Positions 30,900-41,801 of a stretch of DNA of 64,000 bases are shown piece by piece. The notes below the pieces were generated by a model. It saw nothing but the letters and a program-made list of their open reading frames with translations, was not told the origin of the DNA and searched no databases. Source of the stretch: a virus. The position numbers and the translations under genes are program-made. The number at the start of each line of letters is the position of its first letter. Within the stretch, counting starts at the first letter, position 1. The stretch lies in IMG/VR virus record IMGVR_UViG_3300034121_000850, positions 18,889-82,888 of that record; one strand, given 5' to 3'.

Positions 30900-33800
30900 T
30901 TATTTACGATACGGTTCATATTTATAATCAACATCTAAAAGATTTATAGTATTTTGGTCAACATTGTCATACTCAAACCTTACGGTCACAAAGTTACTAA
31001 TAAATTTCGACTTTTCAAAAAAAGTTTTATTTGCATCAATATTTGTAATAATCAAGTCAAAAGTATCATCTAAAAAAGGAAGTAAAGCATTTGCAACTAA
31101 ATTCCTAAATTTACTTACAGACCAACGTCCTCTAATATTTCTATTTACAGGGTTAAACCAAGTTAAGTTTTGATTCAATAATATTCGACCTGAACATTTA
31201 TTATTGTTGTATATCATAATACTTGTAAAAGTTTCATTATGTAATTCAACATTACTACTATTTCTAACTTCAGTTTCCCAATTTACAGAACGAAATAATT
31301 TTATAATATCTATAGGATTATTAAAAACTATATCAATATATGAAGGGTATACAAAACCTCCAATATATTGTGCTTTATTACTTTGATTTGTTTTATAAAT
31401 TTGTGAAGTAGATACAGCAAAAACACCATTACGTTGACTATACATCATATGAGGATAATAATCATGAAAACTATTAAAACCTTTTATATTAAAAGAATAA
31501 CTTAAAGTAAATGGTAATGTTTCACCTTCAAATCTATTTTTAGCAAATATAATTCTTTTATATTTATCATCATAAACAATAAAAGAACCTTTTATAGTAA
31601 AAGGGTTATCATCGTTATTTGATGCTAAAGATGAACCCCCGTAAGTTAAAAAATAATCTTTATATCCATTGTCTGATATAATTTCAGCTTTCGCCCCTTC
31701 TACTACTATAAGTTGTTTTCTGTCTTTATCATAAACTACATAACCATTAGGTATTATAATACTTGCAAACATATCTCCACAACCTATATAACCTTCATCA
31801 ACTGTTATAACTTCTTTAGGAGGTCTTTCAAATAAATCAGAACTTTTAAGATAAGCAACAAGTTCATCAGTTTGTATTACGTCCTTAGTGCTTGTATAAA
31901 AAAGAGCATTCCTCATCTGTATATATAAGTTACTGTCAGCCCCTCTAACAGTCCATATAACGCCTTTATTTCTTGGCATCTCATAATAACTGTCTAATAA
32001 AAAGATACGCCATGCAACCTGCTTAGATTCATCTTGTTGAGTGTTCGACAAATAAACCCTAAAACGTAATTTATCTACATAATCAATATAAGGATTATAA
32101 GGTATAGGTACTTTAAGTCTATTTACAGAATTATAACTATAATCATAAGGATATAAATGTCCAACAGAAGCATCTAATTCAATGTTTCTTTTTTCCGCCT
32201 CTCTATAATATAAATTAAAATAACTATACTCTCTATGTTTTATTCGTAAAGCAAATCTTACAGCAAAACCACTAGTTTGTGTAGGAGTTACTACATTAAA
32301 TTTAATAAATTGAATACGCTCGCCATTAAAAATATCCCAATTATAAACTTCATCAATAGGGTTATATAAATTAACACCAGTTGTTGGAAAAAAATAATTA
32401 GAAGATATTAAATCTTGACCATAAAAACTAACATATAAATCATAAGCTAAAACTTTTAATGTAGCATATCTTGGATTTAATAAACGTGTTACAGCTGCTG
32501 TATCATGCGCACCACCAGCAGATACAATATCAGAATTTAAAGCACTTAAAGATTCATAAGCGCCAAATGCAGTAAAAAGGGAAAAATATATATAATCAAC
32601 ACTTAAAAAAAGACAAGCTTCTCTACCTTGATTGTTGTATAAAGTATGAGCAACATTATCTTCTTCTAAATATTCATAACCTGTTACTGGAATATTTTTT
32701 TCACTTGCAATATCAAAACCCCCTATTAAAGATGTAAGTTGACTATCGAGCATATAACCATTAAAACCATTCCAAAATTCTGATTTTAAATAATGTACAC
32801 CAATAGCAGGTTTATCTACTAATAAATGAAAAGAATACATTCTAAATCCATGCTTTGTTACAGCTGTATTAAGATTAGTATTAGATACACCAGGTAATAT
32901 AAAAGAACCTCCTAATACAGTAGAATTTCTTACACCTCTATCAGCGTGCATAAAATAAAAACTTTGTACTAAATCTTCAATTTCAGTAGGAATGTAAATA
33001 TCACTAAAAACAATACCTAAAGAAAATTTAGCATAAAAATCTCCTGTATTATGGAATAATTCTGTACAAGGTAATTTATGATGTCTTACCTTTTCATTCC
33101 TAATACTATCAATTAAACCAGTTCCATCCCAAACATCAAAAGCATCTAAATCAGGATATGTTTCTGTTGCATTTTCCCAAAAACCCATAACACCTCCAAC
33201 ATCAGCAGTTTCTCTTAAATGGAAATATTTAAGGTCATCAGCCATGTCTAATTCATATTGGTTAATGCTATAAAAATCCGAAGCATTAGCATTTTCAAGT
33301 AAAGGAGGTGGGATAACAAAAACAAAAGTAGCAGGAGTTCCTGTTATAGCTGCTATTAAAGCAGGACTACAAGGTACATCTAATATAAAATTTTGAAGAA
33401 TACCAAAAGTAGGGGGTGCAGATGAAGGTGATGTTGATATAATATTATATGTAATACCTAATATAGTCACTGTTGGTAAAGGGTCATTAGTGACATAATA
33501 ACTACCAGGAATATAACCAGGAGTTAAAGGGAACTCTATAATAATAGTAAGATTCCCTGTCATAGTTCCCATATCCTCACAACCTGCTCCAAGTACATCC
33601 CCTATCAAATCAGGAAGAGTATTATCAATATCAACAATAGCAGGTCTTCTACCAGGAATATGAAAACCTTCACTATAAGTACCATCTTTAAATACAAATC
33701 CTATATATAAAGCAGATATTTCATCAGGCATTACACCTTTAAGAGAGTATATTACAGAAGCTGATGCGCCATCAGAAAATTCATTAGATATTTGACTATC

Positions 33801-34856
33801 ACTAACTTCTGTAACCCAAGTTGTTTTAATGTTATTTGCATACTTTTGATAATTTATTTTAGGTTTTACATCAACATTACCTACAACTAATTTATTAAGA
33901 GTTTCAGTACCTGTTTTAACTTTTTCAAAAGAAGTTCTTAAACCTATTAACTCTTCAGTAGTTTGTATATCATTTTCATGTAACCCTGTATATATAAATT
34001 CATCAATCCCTGTTAATGTAATTGGTCTTGTTATAACGTCATGTGCAGTATAAATATTACCAGCTCTTCTTAGTGTTGATATTTTATATTTTTGATATCT
34101 TATATCTAAATTTGTAATTCTTAAATGAATAGTTTGACTGACTATTTGATTTGCCCCGTGACTTAAACCTTCAAATGCATCAACTAAATTAAAAGGTAAA
34201 CCTATAGGAATAGGGTTACTAAATTGAGTATAATTAGTTTGGTCAAATTCATTTAAAAGGTATGAAATAGTAAAATAATAAACACCACTAGGAATTAAAC
34301 CCCCTCCCTTAACAACTTTAATAAGTTCAAAATTAGGTAAAATAAATTCAGGAAATAGATAAGATAATACTATTTTATCGGCATCAACTAATTCAAAAAC
34401 CCCATCAACAGCAAAAGGTAGAGTATTTATATTTAATATTTTTGGTTTTTTAGAAAGTGTATTTACACCATCCCACCATGAAATAATAATCTCACCTTTA
34501 TAATTTTTAAAATACTTACCTTCAATAGGATTTTCAATTAAAAACCCAAATAAAACAGTCCTAACAATAGTAGTATAAGCCCCTGTTTCATCTAAAAAAC
34601 CAATTTCAGATATAGTGTCATTTGTGCTAAAAATTACTGTTTCATTACCAACAGGGATAATACCGTTAATTCTATAAGGGGTAACAGTTGCTGGATTTCC
34701 ATTAACTGTATTGATATACAAATTAAAACCTTCTTCATTCTTAATAGAAGTTAAACTATGATTATGTACAATATTTCTAGCAGCCCTCCAAGAACCTTGT
34801 TCTTGAAGGCTTTGTGAATTATCTAATTTACTACCTTTATTAAACTTTGTTGCCAT
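30900..34856 (-). CDS. tail muzzle / stabilization protein (P22 gp10-like)
   Basis: 1318 aa; A.N...NEEG N-terminus, E....Y..F...DG..S.GFHIPGR, VRHHK.P and TLSYS.....SFHDY.P motifs conserved in crAss muzzle proteins. Confidence 0.85.
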   Translation of the reverse strand: MATKFNKGSKLDNSQSLQEQGSWRAARNIVHNHSLTSIKNEEGFNLYINTVNGNPATVTPYRINGIIPVGNETVIFSTNDTISEIGFLDETGAYTTIVRTVLFGFLIENPIEGKYFKNYKGEIIISWWDGVNTLSKKPKILNINTLPFAVDGVFELVDADKIVLSYLFPEFILPNFELIKVVKGGGLIPSGVYYFTISYLLNEFDQTNYTQFSNPIPIGLPFNLVDAFEGLSHGANQIVSQTIHLRITNLDIRYQKYKISTLRRAGNIYTAHDVITRPITLTGIDEFIYTGLHENDIQTTEELIGLRTSFEKVKTGTETLNKLVVGNVDVKPKINYQKYANNIKTTWVTEVSDSQISNEFSDGASASVIYSLKGVMPDEISALYIGFVFKDGTYSEGFHIPGRRPAIVDIDNTLPDLIGDVLGAGCEDMGTMTGNLTIIIEFPLTPGYIPGSYYVTNDPLPTVTILGITYNIISTSPSSAPPTFGILQNFILDVPCSPALIAAITGTPATFVFVIPPPLLENANASDFYSINQYELDMADDLKYFHLRETADVGGVMGFWENATETYPDLDAFDVWDGTGLIDSIRNEKVRHHKLPCTELFHNTGDFYAKFSLGIVFSDIYIPTEIEDLVQSFYFMHADRGVRNSTVLGGSFILPGVSNTNLNTAVTKHGFRMYSFHLLVDKPAIGVHYLKSEFWNGFNGYMLDSQLTSLIGGFDIASEKNIPVTGYEYLEEDNVAHTLYNNQGREACLFLSVDYIYFSLFTAFGAYESLSALNSDIVSAGGAHDTAAVTRLLNPRYATLKVLAYDLYVSFYGQDLISSNYFFPTTGVNLYNPIDEVYNWDIFNGERIQFIKFNVVTPTQTSGFAVRFALRIKHREYSYFNLYYREAEKRNIELDASVGHLYPYDYSYNSVNRLKVPIPYNPYIDYVDKLRFRVYLSNTQQDESKQVAWRIFLLDSYYEMPRNKGVIWTVRGADSNLYIQMRNALFYTSTKDVIQTDELVAYLKSSDLFERPPKEVITVDEGYIGCGDMFASIIIPNGYVVYDKDRKQLIVVEGAKAEIISDNGYKDYFLTYGGSSLASNNDDNPFTIKGSFIVYDDKYKRIIFAKNRFEGETLPFTLSYSFNIKGFNSFHDYYPHMMYSQRNGVFAVSTSQIYKTNQSNKAQYIGGFVYPSYIDIVFNNPIDIIKLFRSVNWETEVRNSSNVELHNETFTSIMIYNNNKCSGRILLNQNLTWFNPVNRNIRGRWSVSKFRNLVANALLPFLDDTFDLIITNIDANKTFFEKSKFISNFVTVRFEYDNVDQNTINLLDVDYKYEPYRK

Positions 34857-35578
34857 TATGCTATAATTAAACTACCTTCTGTACTTTCAAATATATTAGA
34901 ATCTGTACTTAAAGCAAATGTTGTATCTTCAAAGAATCTTTGTACTTTTCCAGTATCAATAATAACACTATTCCAACCACGCATAAATAATTCCATATCA
35001 TCAATATCAGGAAAATCAACAGAGTTCTTAGCCCTCCATCTTTTATCTTCCCAACGGGCTTCTGCTTTTTCAAAAGGTATTTGAGATATATCACCACGTA
35101 ATGTTAGCAACATTACGATATACCATTCTACTGCACCAATAAATTCAAAATTATCGGGTATAAGAGGAAAACCTTTACAATCTAAAGGTATAGTCTTACA
35201 ATAAACAACAATACACCCCTCTTCAAAAGAAGTGTGTATATAACCAGGATTTAATGTATAACTATTATTAGCATCAACAGGAAGATGGTCTGTAAATTTA
35301 CATGGGTTATGAAATCTAAGAGAACCATTACGGGGTAATCTACAACCTTTATAACTAACCCCTAATACAGTATCTAAATGACATGGTAAAGCTACTTTAC
35401 CTTCTTCTACATTTAATTGAATACCTGTTTCAACACTTGCAAAATAAGAACCAATACCTCTAATAGCCTCACCAACCATCTCATAAGCATCCCCTGTCCA
35501 TGAAGTATTAGTAGGTCTAAAATCTCTTATAATTTTGGCTATAACAGCACTTGATGATATTGTTTGAACAGCGGGCAT
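34856..35578 (-). CDS. tail ring / tubular protein (P22 gp4-like)
   Basis: I.KI.RD, EA...IG, LPC, YI.TSF..G.I...Y...P.D..G.P.IPD motifs; adjacent to muzzle gene. Confidence 0.8.
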   Translation of the reverse strand: MPAVQTISSSAVIAKIIRDFRPTNTSWTGDAYEMVGEAIRGIGSYFASVETGIQLNVEEGKVALPCHLDTVLGVSYKGCRLPRNGSLRFHNPCKFTDHLPVDANNSYTLNPGYIHTSFEEGCIVVYCKTIPLDCKGFPLIPDNFEFIGAVEWYIVMLLTLRGDISQIPFEKAEARWEDKRWRAKNSVDFPDIDDMELFMRGWNSVIIDTGKVQRFFEDTTFALSTDSNIFESTEGSLIIA

Positions 35579-35581
35579 CTT

Positions 35582-36307
35582 TTAAAAGTTAGTTATAGAA
35601 TATCTTTGTAATTTATCTGTATAAGGAATACTATTTAAAAGAAATACACCATCTGAAACAGTTGTTGTTTCTAATTTAGAAGTACTTGCTTTTTTATTAG
35701 AAGGCTTGTATTGATAATTTAAAGTAGTATTAGAATGTATGCTTTTACAACTCCAATACCACCAAAACATATAACGCTCTGTATGGTACATTAACCACTT
35801 CTCACCGTTATTATGTTTTATAATATTATTATCTTTATCTCGTTCTAAAACTTCGTAAGGAGTAACACCTTCTTTAATTAAGCGTGCTTTATTAGCATTA
35901 CTTGCACCCCAATTAATTCTTAGCTTATTAGTTTTAACTTCTTCTCTTCTAATGTAAAAACTTCCACATGAAGTAGAAGGGTACATAGAATAGTTATAAC
36001 CTTTTAATATAGCTAATGATATTTTGTAAAAAAACTTTTTAATAATAAAAGTAAAAATTGGTATAGGAACGTCTAATACCTTTTTTAAAACTTCAGCTTT
36101 TTGTTTAGTATAATTAAACTTAACAGCTATTTTAGCAATAATTACTTCTTTATCTTCTTTTTTACTTGATTTAAGATAATCTGTTGAAGTTTGTAATTTT
36201 GATAATAAATTATCTAAAATACTTAAATCTTTTTCAAGTAAAATTTTATAGACATCATAATAATCACTTAATTTTATTGTATCACTCTTTAAAGTTAATC
36301 TCTTCAT
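35582..36307 (-). CDS. crAss conserved IHF-like family protein
   Basis: II..F...I...IL.G..Y..P...G.F.I and INWG.S...K...W..Y motifs; position next to the tail tubular gene. Confidence 0.6.
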   Translation of the reverse strand: MKRLTLKSDTIKLSDYYDVYKILLEKDLSILDNLLSKLQTSTDYLKSSKKEDKEVIIAKIAVKFNYTKQKAEVLKKVLDVPIPIFTFIIKKFFYKISLAILKGYNYSMYPSTSCGSFYIRREEVKTNKLRINWGASNANKARLIKEGVTPYEVLERDKDNNIIKHNNGEKWLMYHTERYMFWWYWSCKSIHSNTTLNYQYKPSNKKASTSKLETTTVSDGVFLLNSIPYTDKLQRYSITNF

Positions 36308-36908
36308 TTTCTGTTACAAGTTTAAATTCATTTGCTAATATACTTTGAACCATTAAAGGTATTAAATCTAATGCTATTGGAAACTCTGAATTATCATCAT
36401 AACATTCAGAATCACAATAATTTATAAGACCTTCTAAATCTTCAAAATAATGTATTACTTCTAAATAGGCAAGCTTAGTTTTATTAAACACGTAAATATG
36501 ATTATCAATATAATCATATCTTCCTATATTAAAAGTATATTTATTATGCTTAGTAAATTTTAATTCTTGTAAAGTGGTATAAGTTAAATCTTCAAATCCA
36601 GCAAGAAGTCCTACATGAAGAAAAGGTGCACCACCTTTAATTCTTATAGGACGGGGAAAAGGATTTTTAGTCTTTAGTATTTTACAACCTACATCAATAT
36701 AACAATTATCTGCTTTATCAACTTTAACTAATTCAACTACAATACGTTGTCTAAGTGTTTTCTCAACACCATCTTTTTCAACGCTTCTGCGTAATTCTAA
36801 AGCTCTGTATTGCTTAACAGCAAACTTAGCTTGTTGAATTACTGCGTAATCATTAGCTTTATTTAATTTCCTTGCAATATAACTACTAATCTGATTCAGG
36901 CTTGCCAT
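36282..36908 (-). CDS. tail ring protein (structural)
   Basis: MASLNQI, YRA..LRR, C.ILKT..P.P.PIR, Y.Y...IYV, CYDD.SEFPI..D motifs of crAss ring proteins. Confidence 0.75.
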   Translation of the reverse strand: MASLNQISSYIARKLNKANDYAVIQQAKFAVKQYRALELRRSVEKDGVEKTLRQRIVVELVKVDKADNCYIDVGCKILKTKNPFPRPIRIKGGAPFLHVGLLAGFEDLTYTTLQELKFTKHNKYTFNIGRYDYIDNHIYVFNKTKLAYLEVIHYFEDLEGLINYCDSECYDDNSEFPIALDLIPLMVQSILANEFKLVTENEEINFKE

Positions 36909-37386
36909 CTTTTATAGTAGGTTTAGTAATAAAATCTATTAATTTATCTTTTATAATAATAAGTAAATCGTTTTGTTTAGTATTTTTAATTATGGAATAA
37001 AATTGAATTAAACCATAATAACCTGCGGTCATTTTAAAAATACTTAAATCAATTTGAATTATATATCTTTCTAAGATAAATGCACTACATAAAGATATAA
37101 GATAAACTGCAATAGTTATACCTGATTTAGATAGACCAGCAGTACTTATACCTTTTTTATTACCTTTATCATCTAAATCCCCATATGATTTAGTTATACC
37201 TGTAAATATATTAAGTCCGATTAAAAGCCCTAAAGCTATGAAAACTTCTTGATATGATGTAATAATACTTATTAACATTGTTAACAAAATTACTAACAAT
37301 CCAGTGAATGCCATTTTTATCTTAATGCCTAATATCATTAAGAAATCCAAGAAATTATTATCTATATTATTAAAATTTAAGTTCAT
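36886..37386 (-). CDS. holin (phage holin_4_1-like)
   Basis: Multiple TM helices; FTGI.K....IS..GL.K...Y.......F..E and SII.N motifs. Confidence 0.75.
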   Translation of the reverse strand: MNLNFNNIDNNFLDFLMILGIKIKMAFTGLLVILLTMLISIITSYQEVFIALGLLIGLNIFTGITKSYGDLDDKGNKKGISTAGLSKSGITIAVYLISLCSAFILERYIIQIDLSIFKMTAGYYGLIQFYSIIKNTKQNDLLIIIKDKLIDFITKPTIKDGKPESD

Positions 37387-37736
37387 TTTTTTAAAAGTAT
37401 TGCAGATGTTATTAAAAAAGAATCAAAGGCATTTTTACTATAATTATATGTATATATAGCAATAAATTTATAAGCTTTTAACCGCGTTACATTTTGACCA
37501 AAAAATATTATCTGTTTTGTATCACTTAAATCAAATACAGCACCCCATTCAATAGTAAATGTAAAACCATCATATACCGCTTCATTTGGAATATCTGCAC
37601 TAATTTCATAATCAAAAGAAGGAGCATTTACAGTACCTTGTATAGTATATTTTTCAATACCTAAAGATAAATCTACTAATATAACAGGTTCATAATCTGT
37701 TAATGTTATTCTTTGTATTCTTGTTAACTTAGACAT
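37383..37736 (-). CDS. hypothetical (probable tail-associated) protein
   Basis: 117-aa beta-rich ORF coupled within the structural operon. Confidence 0.6.
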   Translation of the reverse strand: MSKLTRIQRITLTDYEPVILVDLSLGIEKYTIQGTVNAPSFDYEISADIPNEAVYDGFTFTIEWGAVFDLSDTKQIIFFGQNVTRLKAYKFIAIYTYNYSKNAFDSFLITSAILLKK

Positions 37737-38721
37737 TAGCGCGTTTAGTTATAGTTACCATCGTTCTACGTAAATTTAAATCACCAGCACTTACAATTTT
37801 TCCATAAAAATTAAATACAGTAGCGTTGTTATCCATATCAGGTACAGTAATTACCCCAGTACCAACACCTGTTGAAGGGTTGTCAAAAAATTCTCCAAAA
37901 GTATTAAACTCAGTAATTAATGGTTGAAAACCAATCGTATATAGTAAAGAACTAATTTTTGAAAATTTATAACTAACAAAAATTGTTGTAGCATTTATTT
38001 TAGTAATACGTGCAACCATTCTAAATCTATCAAAAAAATCGTAAGAATCAACTTCTGCAACAACTATACTATTATTAATAGCAAGTTTAACTGTTTTTGG
38101 GGATGCTACTACAAATCCATAAAGAGTAATAAAAGTGTTAAAAGTTTTATAAAAATCAGCTTCTATTTCAATAAATTCAGTATTAGCAAGTAATCCAGCA
38201 GGTAAAGTATATTGATGATTAATATTACTATACGGTACAAAAAATCCACCTGTATCACCTGATAAATTAGAATTAGTAATTCTATGATGTAAAATACCAT
38301 CACTTTGAATTTCATAAGTTTGTCTAGTAGTTCCACTAACAATTTCAGTACTCTCAACAACATTATTTCCAATAACACGAGGAATTTGCCCAGGTTGAAC
38401 AAACCTAATCATTTGGTCAAGATAACTTGATGTAACATTTCTATTTAATACATCAAAATCAGATGCTGTTTTAGCTAACCCCTGTAAAGAATTAGTAGCC
38501 CTATCAGCAGGATTTAATTTAAAAGTAATACTTTCTAATAACTTCCTATAAACATCTTCACTAGGAAAATCGTCCCTTAAAAGTCTATTATAAACTAAAG
38601 TAGCTACACCATTTTTAATAATAGTATATTGTAAAGCAAAACCAGTTTCTTGGTCAGGTACAGTACCACTATTAACTTGGGTATGTCTAAAGAAAAATTC
38701 TCTAAATTCTTTTAGTGCCAT
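37729..38721 (-). CDS. putative tail fibre/spike-like structural protein
   Basis: N-terminal PSEDVYRKLLESITF and QGLAK.A motif like fibre N-termini; beta-rich C-terminus. Confidence 0.5.
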   Translation of the reverse strand: MALKEFREFFFRHTQVNSGTVPDQETGFALQYTIIKNGVATLVYNRLLRDDFPSEDVYRKLLESITFKLNPADRATNSLQGLAKTASDFDVLNRNVTSSYLDQMIRFVQPGQIPRVIGNNVVESTEIVSGTTRQTYEIQSDGILHHRITNSNLSGDTGGFFVPYSNINHQYTLPAGLLANTEFIEIEADFYKTFNTFITLYGFVVASPKTVKLAINNSIVVAEVDSYDFFDRFRMVARITKINATTIFVSYKFSKISSLLYTIGFQPLITEFNTFGEFFDNPSTGVGTGVITVPDMDNNATVFNFYGKIVSAGDLNLRRTMVTITKRANV

Positions 38722-38722
38722 C

Positions 38723-39310
38723 TTATAAATATTTAATTAACATGGAATTAATACATATATTAGATTTTGTAAAATCTACATTATCAGCAACAGCAAGATA
38801 TTCATCAACAGCTTCTTTAACACCAGGAAAATCAGGATTAGCATAATCATCAAAACCTAAATAACCCCCACTTTTAATCTTATTACACCAAGCAGCTATT
38901 TCTTTTTTTGTAGTTTCATAAGAATGGTCAGTATCAACCATTACAAAATCTAAACTTTTATCATCATATAATAAAGAAGCTTTTGAACTATCAACTTGTA
39001 GTACATTTATACAGCTAATAAACCCTGCTTTCTTTATATTATTGATACATACATCTACTATATTACCTTCATTCTCTTTAACAAAAGGATGGTCAAACTT
39101 CCAAATATCAATTAAATCTAAAGTACAAGTTTTATCTTCAATAGCTGTTTTTTCTAATAGATATACAGCACTTCTTCCTTGCCATACTCCTACTTCAATA
39201 GCTTTAAAATTTAAAGGCATTCTTTTCACTACATAATCATACACTTTTTCAAATGTAGTAAACCCTGATACTTCTTTATAAAGTGTTGGTACTGTTAAAA
39301 TATTTTCCAT
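38723..39310 (-). CDS. class I SAM-dependent methyltransferase (Methyltransf_24-like)
   Basis: IEVGVWQGRS, IDIW, SLDFVMVDTDHSYE, KSGGYLGFDDY, FPGVKEAVDE. Confidence 0.9.
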   Translation of the reverse strand: MENILTVPTLYKEVSGFTTFEKVYDYVVKRMPLNFKAIEVGVWQGRSAVYLLEKTAIEDKTCTLDLIDIWKFDHPFVKENEGNIVDVCINNIKKAGFISCINVLQVDSSKASLLYDDKSLDFVMVDTDHSYETTKKEIAAWCNKIKSGGYLGFDDYANPDFPGVKEAVDEYLAVADNVDFTKSNICINSMLIKYL

Positions 39311-39422
39311 TCAATTATGTTTATGTAAATTAAATTTATGCCAAAAAAACTCGTCAAAACAACTATAAAATATTAAATTAGGATATTTCCAATTAACAAG
39401 GAACTATAACTACTTTTCTCAT
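39311..39422 (-). pseudogene. possible remnant of a deleted gene
   Basis: Coupled ATG gives MRKVVIVP; another frame gives VNWKYPNLIFYSCFDEFFWHKFNLHKHN* ending right before the next ATG. Confidence 0.3.
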
Positions 39423-40699
39423 TTTATGTGAGAACCCCTAATATCACTTAAACTCTTAGGATTTTGTAATGCAAGTGTTGGAAAGAAAGAATATTGTTTA
39501 AGATTAGGAATATTCCTTGTAATCTCTATATCAACATCAGCATCTATAGTTTTATTATTTAAACGATTTACAATCTTTTCAATTCCACTTTTAGACAATA
39601 TCATACAATGTGTCCCCCACACATCTTTAGGAACATAAATAGTACCTGCTATATGTTTACCAGGTTTTCCATATCTTTCATTACCTCCAAGCCAAACAAT
39701 ATCCCAATCATTGGGAACATTTTTCCAACCTTCTTTTAATAACTCTTTAAAACCATGTTGAAAAAGTACATCATCTTCAAGCATTAATACAGTTTCATAA
39801 CCTTCTGCATAACACATATTTAATATCCCAAGCCAAGATATATAACAAGCAGCAATTCCAGGATTAATAACCTTTTCACATTGAATACCTAAACCTTTTC
39901 CATTAATAGCAGGAATTGTTTTAACATCTCTAATATTAAGGTAATTTAAAAGAATATCTACTTTTTTCTTTTTATCAGGTCTTGTTTGAAGATTAAGTAA
40001 AAATCTTTTATCTACTTTAATATCAGCATAATCAAAAGGGTCTTGAGTACCTGTATTATCTAATTCAACACAAGTAGGAATTAACTTCCAATCATAATTT
40101 TCTGTTCCTACACTTTTAATCTTTATATCAGATATTGTAGACATAAAAAATTCACATTGTAATCTTTTACGTTCTTCTTTAATTAAGTTTTTATCTATAA
40201 TATTAGGTTTAGTTTTAAATGAGTTAATATCTCTTGTTTTATTTATAACAGAAGCGTTAGCCCACCAAAAATTACCACTAAAATGATTATTACACCAATT
40301 ATAACCTACTAAATCAACGTCTTTAATATACTCAATACAGGTTTTCCAATTAGTAATAGTATGTTTAACTAAAGCTTTTCTCCAATATTTTTCATGAATA
40401 GTATTTTTAGAAGCCCCTTTACTATGACAATACAAAACAATATCTAAAGGACTATTTTTACAATGATTTTGTAATAGCTTAATAGTAGGATATTCATACT
40501 CTTTTACATCACCAGAATAAATTAATACTACATTTGCAATAGGAAAATGTAATTTATTAAAATCTTCTAATTTACCTACAAAAGATATAACAATTTTATC
40601 AAGTTCTTTTATTAAATTAGAAGAAGTTACAGCAGCAAATATTTCAGCAGTAATTGCTTTATATTCTCCCATACCCGCTAAATGATAAAATAAGGTCAT
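39419..40699 (-). CDS. two-domain glycosyltransferase (N-terminal phage GT-like domain + C-terminal GT25)
   Basis: N-term YEYPT..LYCHSKG..HFSGNFWWA; C-term LNL..RPD.....PAING..ACY.SW..LMLEDDV..W..VP.DWDIVWLG..GTHC. Confidence 0.85.
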   Translation of the reverse strand: MTLFYHLAGMGEYKAITAEIFAAVTSSNLIKELDKIVISFVGKLEDFNKLHFPIANVVLIYSGDVKEYEYPTIKLLQNHCKNSPLDIVLYCHSKGASKNTIHEKYWRKALVKHTITNWKTCIEYIKDVDLVGYNWCNNHFSGNFWWANASVINKTRDINSFKTKPNIIDKNLIKEERKRLQCEFFMSTISDIKIKSVGTENYDWKLIPTCVELDNTGTQDPFDYADIKVDKRFLLNLQTRPDKKKKVDILLNYLNIRDVKTIPAINGKGLGIQCEKVINPGIAACYISWLGILNMCYAEGYETVLMLEDDVLFQHGFKELLKEGWKNVPNDWDIVWLGGNERYGKPGKHIAGTIYVPKDVWGTHCMILSKSGIEKIVNRLNNKTIDADVDIEITRNIPNLKQYSFFPTLALQNPKSLSDIRGSHIK

Positions 40700-40700
40700 A

Positions 40701-41330
40701 CTAAAAGATTAATTCTCCTTCTAAAAGCGTTATAGTTTGAGTACCACTAGTTAAAGGACTTGTTGTCATTATATTAATAGTACCTGATGTAAAAGGATAT
40801 ATACCATCTAATACACCTGCTGTTATTGTAACAGTCCAATAATTAGGTAATGTTTGTGTATAACTACCTGAGAAAATTTGAATATTACGCATAATAACAC
40901 TTACGTCTGATACAGAACTAAAAACAATAGTAGAAAAAGTAAACATATTAGGGGAAATTTCTAATGGTTTACCGATATAAAAATCAGTAACTACTCTAAG
41001 TTTTTGAAATATAAATATACCATCTTGTTCATCAGGAGGAAGTCCTGAACTAAAAGAACTACTAGAACTAAATGAACCACTTGGTTCACCAGCCATATAT
41101 AAAGCAGCTACACTAATTTTACTAACTAATTGCCCTGCTTTTCTACCATAATTTATAATAGGAATATAAAGTTTAGTAAGAGGATGATTACTTACATCAT
41201 CTCCTGCATAATATTTACTAGCAAAATCTCTCATTATTTCAACAAATCTTTCACTATCATCAATAGTAAGAGCATTAAATATTTTAGTAAACTCTATAAT
41301 ATTGTTAGAATTTTGATTTCTTCCGTTCAT
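40701..41330 (-). CDS. hypothetical structural protein
   Basis: 209-aa ORF with Ser-rich linker and beta-rich C-terminus in the tail operon. Confidence 0.6.
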   Translation of the reverse strand: MNGRNQNSNNIIEFTKIFNALTIDDSERFVEIMRDFASKYYAGDDVSNHPLTKLYIPIINYGRKAGQLVSKISVAALYMAGEPSGSFSSSSSFSSGLPPDEQDGIFIFQKLRVVTDFYIGKPLEISPNMFTFSTIVFSSVSDVSVIMRNIQIFSGSYTQTLPNYWTVTITAGVLDGIYPFTSGTINIMTTSPLTSGTQTITLLEGELIF

Positions 41331-41333
41331 ATC

Positions 41334-41801
41334 TTAATTTATTAAAGTCGTATAACAAATGTTAACACCATTTATATAATCTTGAATATCTACAATTACA
41401 ATATTAGGATTATCAACTGTAGTTGGTTCTACAATATTATCATATTCAATATCTATACATTCAATCCCCCCATCACAAGGAATAAAAGGGTATCCAAATA
41501 TCTTAAAAACATCTTGTAGTTTTATACCTTTACAGGCGTAACATTTAGAGAGTCTTTCTAATTCATATTTAGTTACATAGTAACTCCATTCTTTTACAGA
41601 GTTTTCTAAAATATCTTGATAGATAAAACTAACAAGATAAAAAGCACTATAATAATCTAATACTTTAAACTGTAAACAACTTTTATCATATAAAGATTCT
41701 TCTTTAAACTCTTTAGTATGTAAAGCAAAAATAGTTTCCTTGTATTTAACAAAGAAACTATTTAATTTAGCTTGTAAATCATTATTACCCATTACCCACA
41801 A
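41334..41801 (-). CDS. putative tail hub/fibre attachment protein
   Basis: Cys-rich; CYACKGI and GIE.I.IE motifs resemble crAss hub-type proteins. Confidence 0.5.
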   Translation of the reverse strand: MWVMGNNDLQAKLNSFFVKYKETIFALHTKEFKEESLYDKSCLQFKVLDYYSAFYLVSFIYQDILENSVKEWSYYVTKYELERLSKCYACKGIKLQDVFKIFGYPFIPCDGGIECIDIEYDNIVEPTTVDNPNIVIVDIQDYINGVNICYTTLIN

